64,000 nucleotides of DNA from Vicugna vicugna (lineage: Eukaryota): NCBI GenBank assembly GCA_013265495.1, contig MU058531.1:310001-374000 (forward strand), written 5' to 3'. The position numbers and the translations under genes were made by a program. The notes below the pieces were generated by a model, which saw only the letters and a program-made list of their open reading frames with translations, made no database searches and was not told the DNA's origin. Shown here in pieces: positions 61,204-64,000 of this stretch. The stretch's first letter is position 1. Each line of letters opens with the position of its first letter.

Positions 61204-64000
61204 AAAATCTTGATATTAGATTTGTTTACTATTATGAAAGTCTAGTACTGAGCTGTGGAATATTATCGATTCTGTGTATTTTTCTGTGGGATTAACGAGC
61301 TAAAAGAGACCAAAGCATGTGGATATCTCTCTCTGAGTGTAAGTTAGGTGCGGTGACCAGACAGTAATGGAACACTGAGATGCCAATTCTTCTGATTCTT
61401 CCATAAAAGACTTGCTAGTTGACTATAAATGCTTAAGCTGAAGTCCTTGATCTCAGACATGGAGATACCAGATATGTTAAGCAGGTTATGGCACCCCTGC
61501 ATGGACCTTGAACAGAGAATGGTGATACTACAGTTATTCTGGAATAAAGATTGAGAGTCCCCACATGAAAGTGATGCCAGTGAACTTTGACTAATGAAAT
61601 ACCCTAGCATCTTAGCACAGATACAGAAAGCTAGCCAACTCCTCTTGGAAATCAACGTTGCAGAAGGAGACAGTAGAAAGAAGAAAGCAGGCAGCTCTTA
61701 GGCCCTGGGGGTCTCACTCAAGTGAGCAGGTCACAGGTGTAAGGGGCTGGTGTAGCTGAGAGGCAGAGATGCAGTGAAATTGCTCTCCAAGGTGAAATAG
61801 TCAAATTCTACTCGGTGAGAAGGCTGTAGCAATAATGAATCCACAATGGACCATTATCTCAACTTTTTCAGGTAAGTGGTACTTATGCAGAGGTTGAGGG
61901 ATCAAAGTCAAGGCTCTGGCCCAAAGGAAATTTAGGGATACTTGGGGGAGGGGGTGAGTTGGAACTTGGGTATAGGGATCAGACAGAAGCATTGACTAAA
62001 CCAAAGGCAGAGGCTGGAGAATTGAGGATGGTTTGAGGTCCAGCAACATGGGAGGCTCACAGATGCGGGATAGTCATGCCTGGGGCTCTATTCCTTGTTC
62101 TAACTGTTAAAAGGGACTTGGGGAGCAGTCTAGAATCATACTTCTTATCATTGGCGTACTCATCTTGAGTTTTGGAGTGACTCATATGATCTGCATATAT
62201 ATACATACAGATGTGTATGTATATATAATCTGTACGTATACAGGTAGCTTTGTGATTGGATTAGTCAGTGACTGGGACAAGGTAAGATTTTGGGAAGATC
62301 TATCATTGGCCAAGCTGTGGTCAGCCAGTCAAGGCTACAAAGAAATAGGGAGGAGGCTTGTCTGGACTCCATGAAGGACAATGTAGACCTAGATATAGGG
62401 TCCTATCCCAGCAAGATATACCTGTCTACCCAGCAGGGAGTGCCTGGTGGATGCTCAGAGAATATGTGGGTTTATTTTCAGAGCTGCTCCTCTTCTCCTA
62501 TTTGTATCTTGTCTTCTATTTCCTTGTTTTCAGTTCCATTCTATCTCCACTCTTGGTTCTGTGCCTTTCTTTTCCCAGAACTTTTTTTGGCCTTTGAACT
62601 TAGGTTTCTGATATCTTTTCTCTGACAAGTCCTCTTCATTAATGAGCCCTAGTTCATGTGGACCTAGACCTCCCACAAACATTTACTGCTTTGTCATGCA
62701 GACTCGAATGGTAGGACCCAATTCTGTGAATGGACTTGGGAAAGATAGTAGTTGTTGATACTGCTGAACAATTCCATTGTCTCTGGACCGTTCCTCTCCT
62801 GGCTTATCAGTACACTTGATAGAGCAATATTTGACAGAGCAGTATTTCATCAAGTATGTTCCATAGCATGCTGGTCCTTCTGTGAACATACATATTTGGG
62901 AAGCAAATACCCTTCTCTGGAGGACATACCAGGAGTATGGGCACACTAAAGGCTCTGAGAAGTCCTTCAGGAAATGAAACTCTCCAAAGACAAAAATGTT
63001 TCCCAAAGTTGCTTGTTCTGATACCTAAAAACAATTTCACAGACACAGTGTTCCAAAGAACAGATTTGGGGAAATGCTGTCACAGAGCAGAGTTTGTGCT
63101 GGGTTTTCTGCTTAAGTTGTTACGCTAAGTGAGATCTACTGATAGTCATCAGCTCTAGCAGAGAACAGAATGTCCTCTGCAAGTATTTTCTCTCGATGCA
63201 GCATTCCCATGACCACCAAATCCCTTTTGTACCTGTATGGGAGGTTTCTGAAAGTTCTATTTGTGATTACCTCTCATTAGGGGGAGAACAAATGAAAACA
63301 GTCACCCTTCAGAATATTATTCAAAGATGATTTTTGTCTTGAGAAAGAAGTAAAATGTGTACTGAGCTTATTTTAATTAGAAATGCACAATAGAGTAGAA
63401 ATAACTGTGTACTGCTTAACATGCCCTGGTCATAAAAATGTTGGTTCTTAGAATTCGTGAATTTCTCATGAAGGAAGATACAGCTGTTCAGCTAGTAATC
63501 GTTAAGCCTCCACTTCTATTAGTGGGACACTGAAAGCCAATGAAAAGTAATCCCTTTTCTATTGTAATCTCAGGGGAAGGGTGTTCTTGAGTTATAGATG
63601 GGCAGTAATACAAGGTACTGACAGGGCATTATGTAGACAATTCCTGAGCTGTATTCACAAGTCTGGGGCTGCTGGGTTTTGTGGAATGCAGTTGCATCTT
63701 TTATGCTTGTAACCCTTAGGTGCTCAAACTCCAAAAACAATATGAAAGAGGGTGGAAGTGGAACTCAGGAGAAACGTAATTTCGTAGTGCTGGTGATTCT
63801 GTGGCCCATTGCACTCAGTGAGTGTAAGCCTGGGAGAAGGAATGAATGGGAGTGCGTGTAAGCCCGCGGGGAAGGATGTGAATCTGCTTTTCCCTCATTT
63901 CCTCGAGTGCCTCTTCAAGCATGAGTGTGCTACTGCATTGGGGATGATTTTAATGGTGAGTGATCTGCATTCCTCATGAAGATGGCTTCCAAACACAAGC

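Noticed and set aside
1..64000. CRISPR arrays, operons or other prokaryotic systems
   Set aside because: The sequence is mammalian and repeat-rich; no regularly spaced repeat-spacer array was seen.

Overview
Repeat-rich mammalian genomic DNA (MIR, L2, L1, MaLR/ERV LTRs, hAT MITEs). Three tRNA-derived SINEs resemble the camelid Vic-1 family, so the host is probably a camel, llama or alpaca (inferred from memory of the consensus). The only credible protein-coding sequence is an intronless, uninterrupted 516-codon ORF on the minus strand (38456-40006) encoding a PYHIN/IFI16-type DNA sensor: pyrin domain, three S/T/P-rich linker repeats and one HIN-B domain. It lies within an apparently full-length retrotransposed mRNA (~38120-40267) with IFI16-like 5' and 3' UTRs, an A-tail and a degenerate target-site duplication, so it is a candidate PYHIN retrogene with no sign of the canonical PYHIN cluster around it. 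Its 5' end is overlapped by an apparently identical 422-bp tandem duplication, possibly an assembly artefact. At ~58.9-59.2 kb there is a CpG-rich promoter (TATA, NRF1, E-box, E2F6-like motifs) with an ATG-less first exon of an unidentified plus-strand transcript. Repeat family names are assigned by eye without a database search, and their boundaries are approximate unless a TSD is given.
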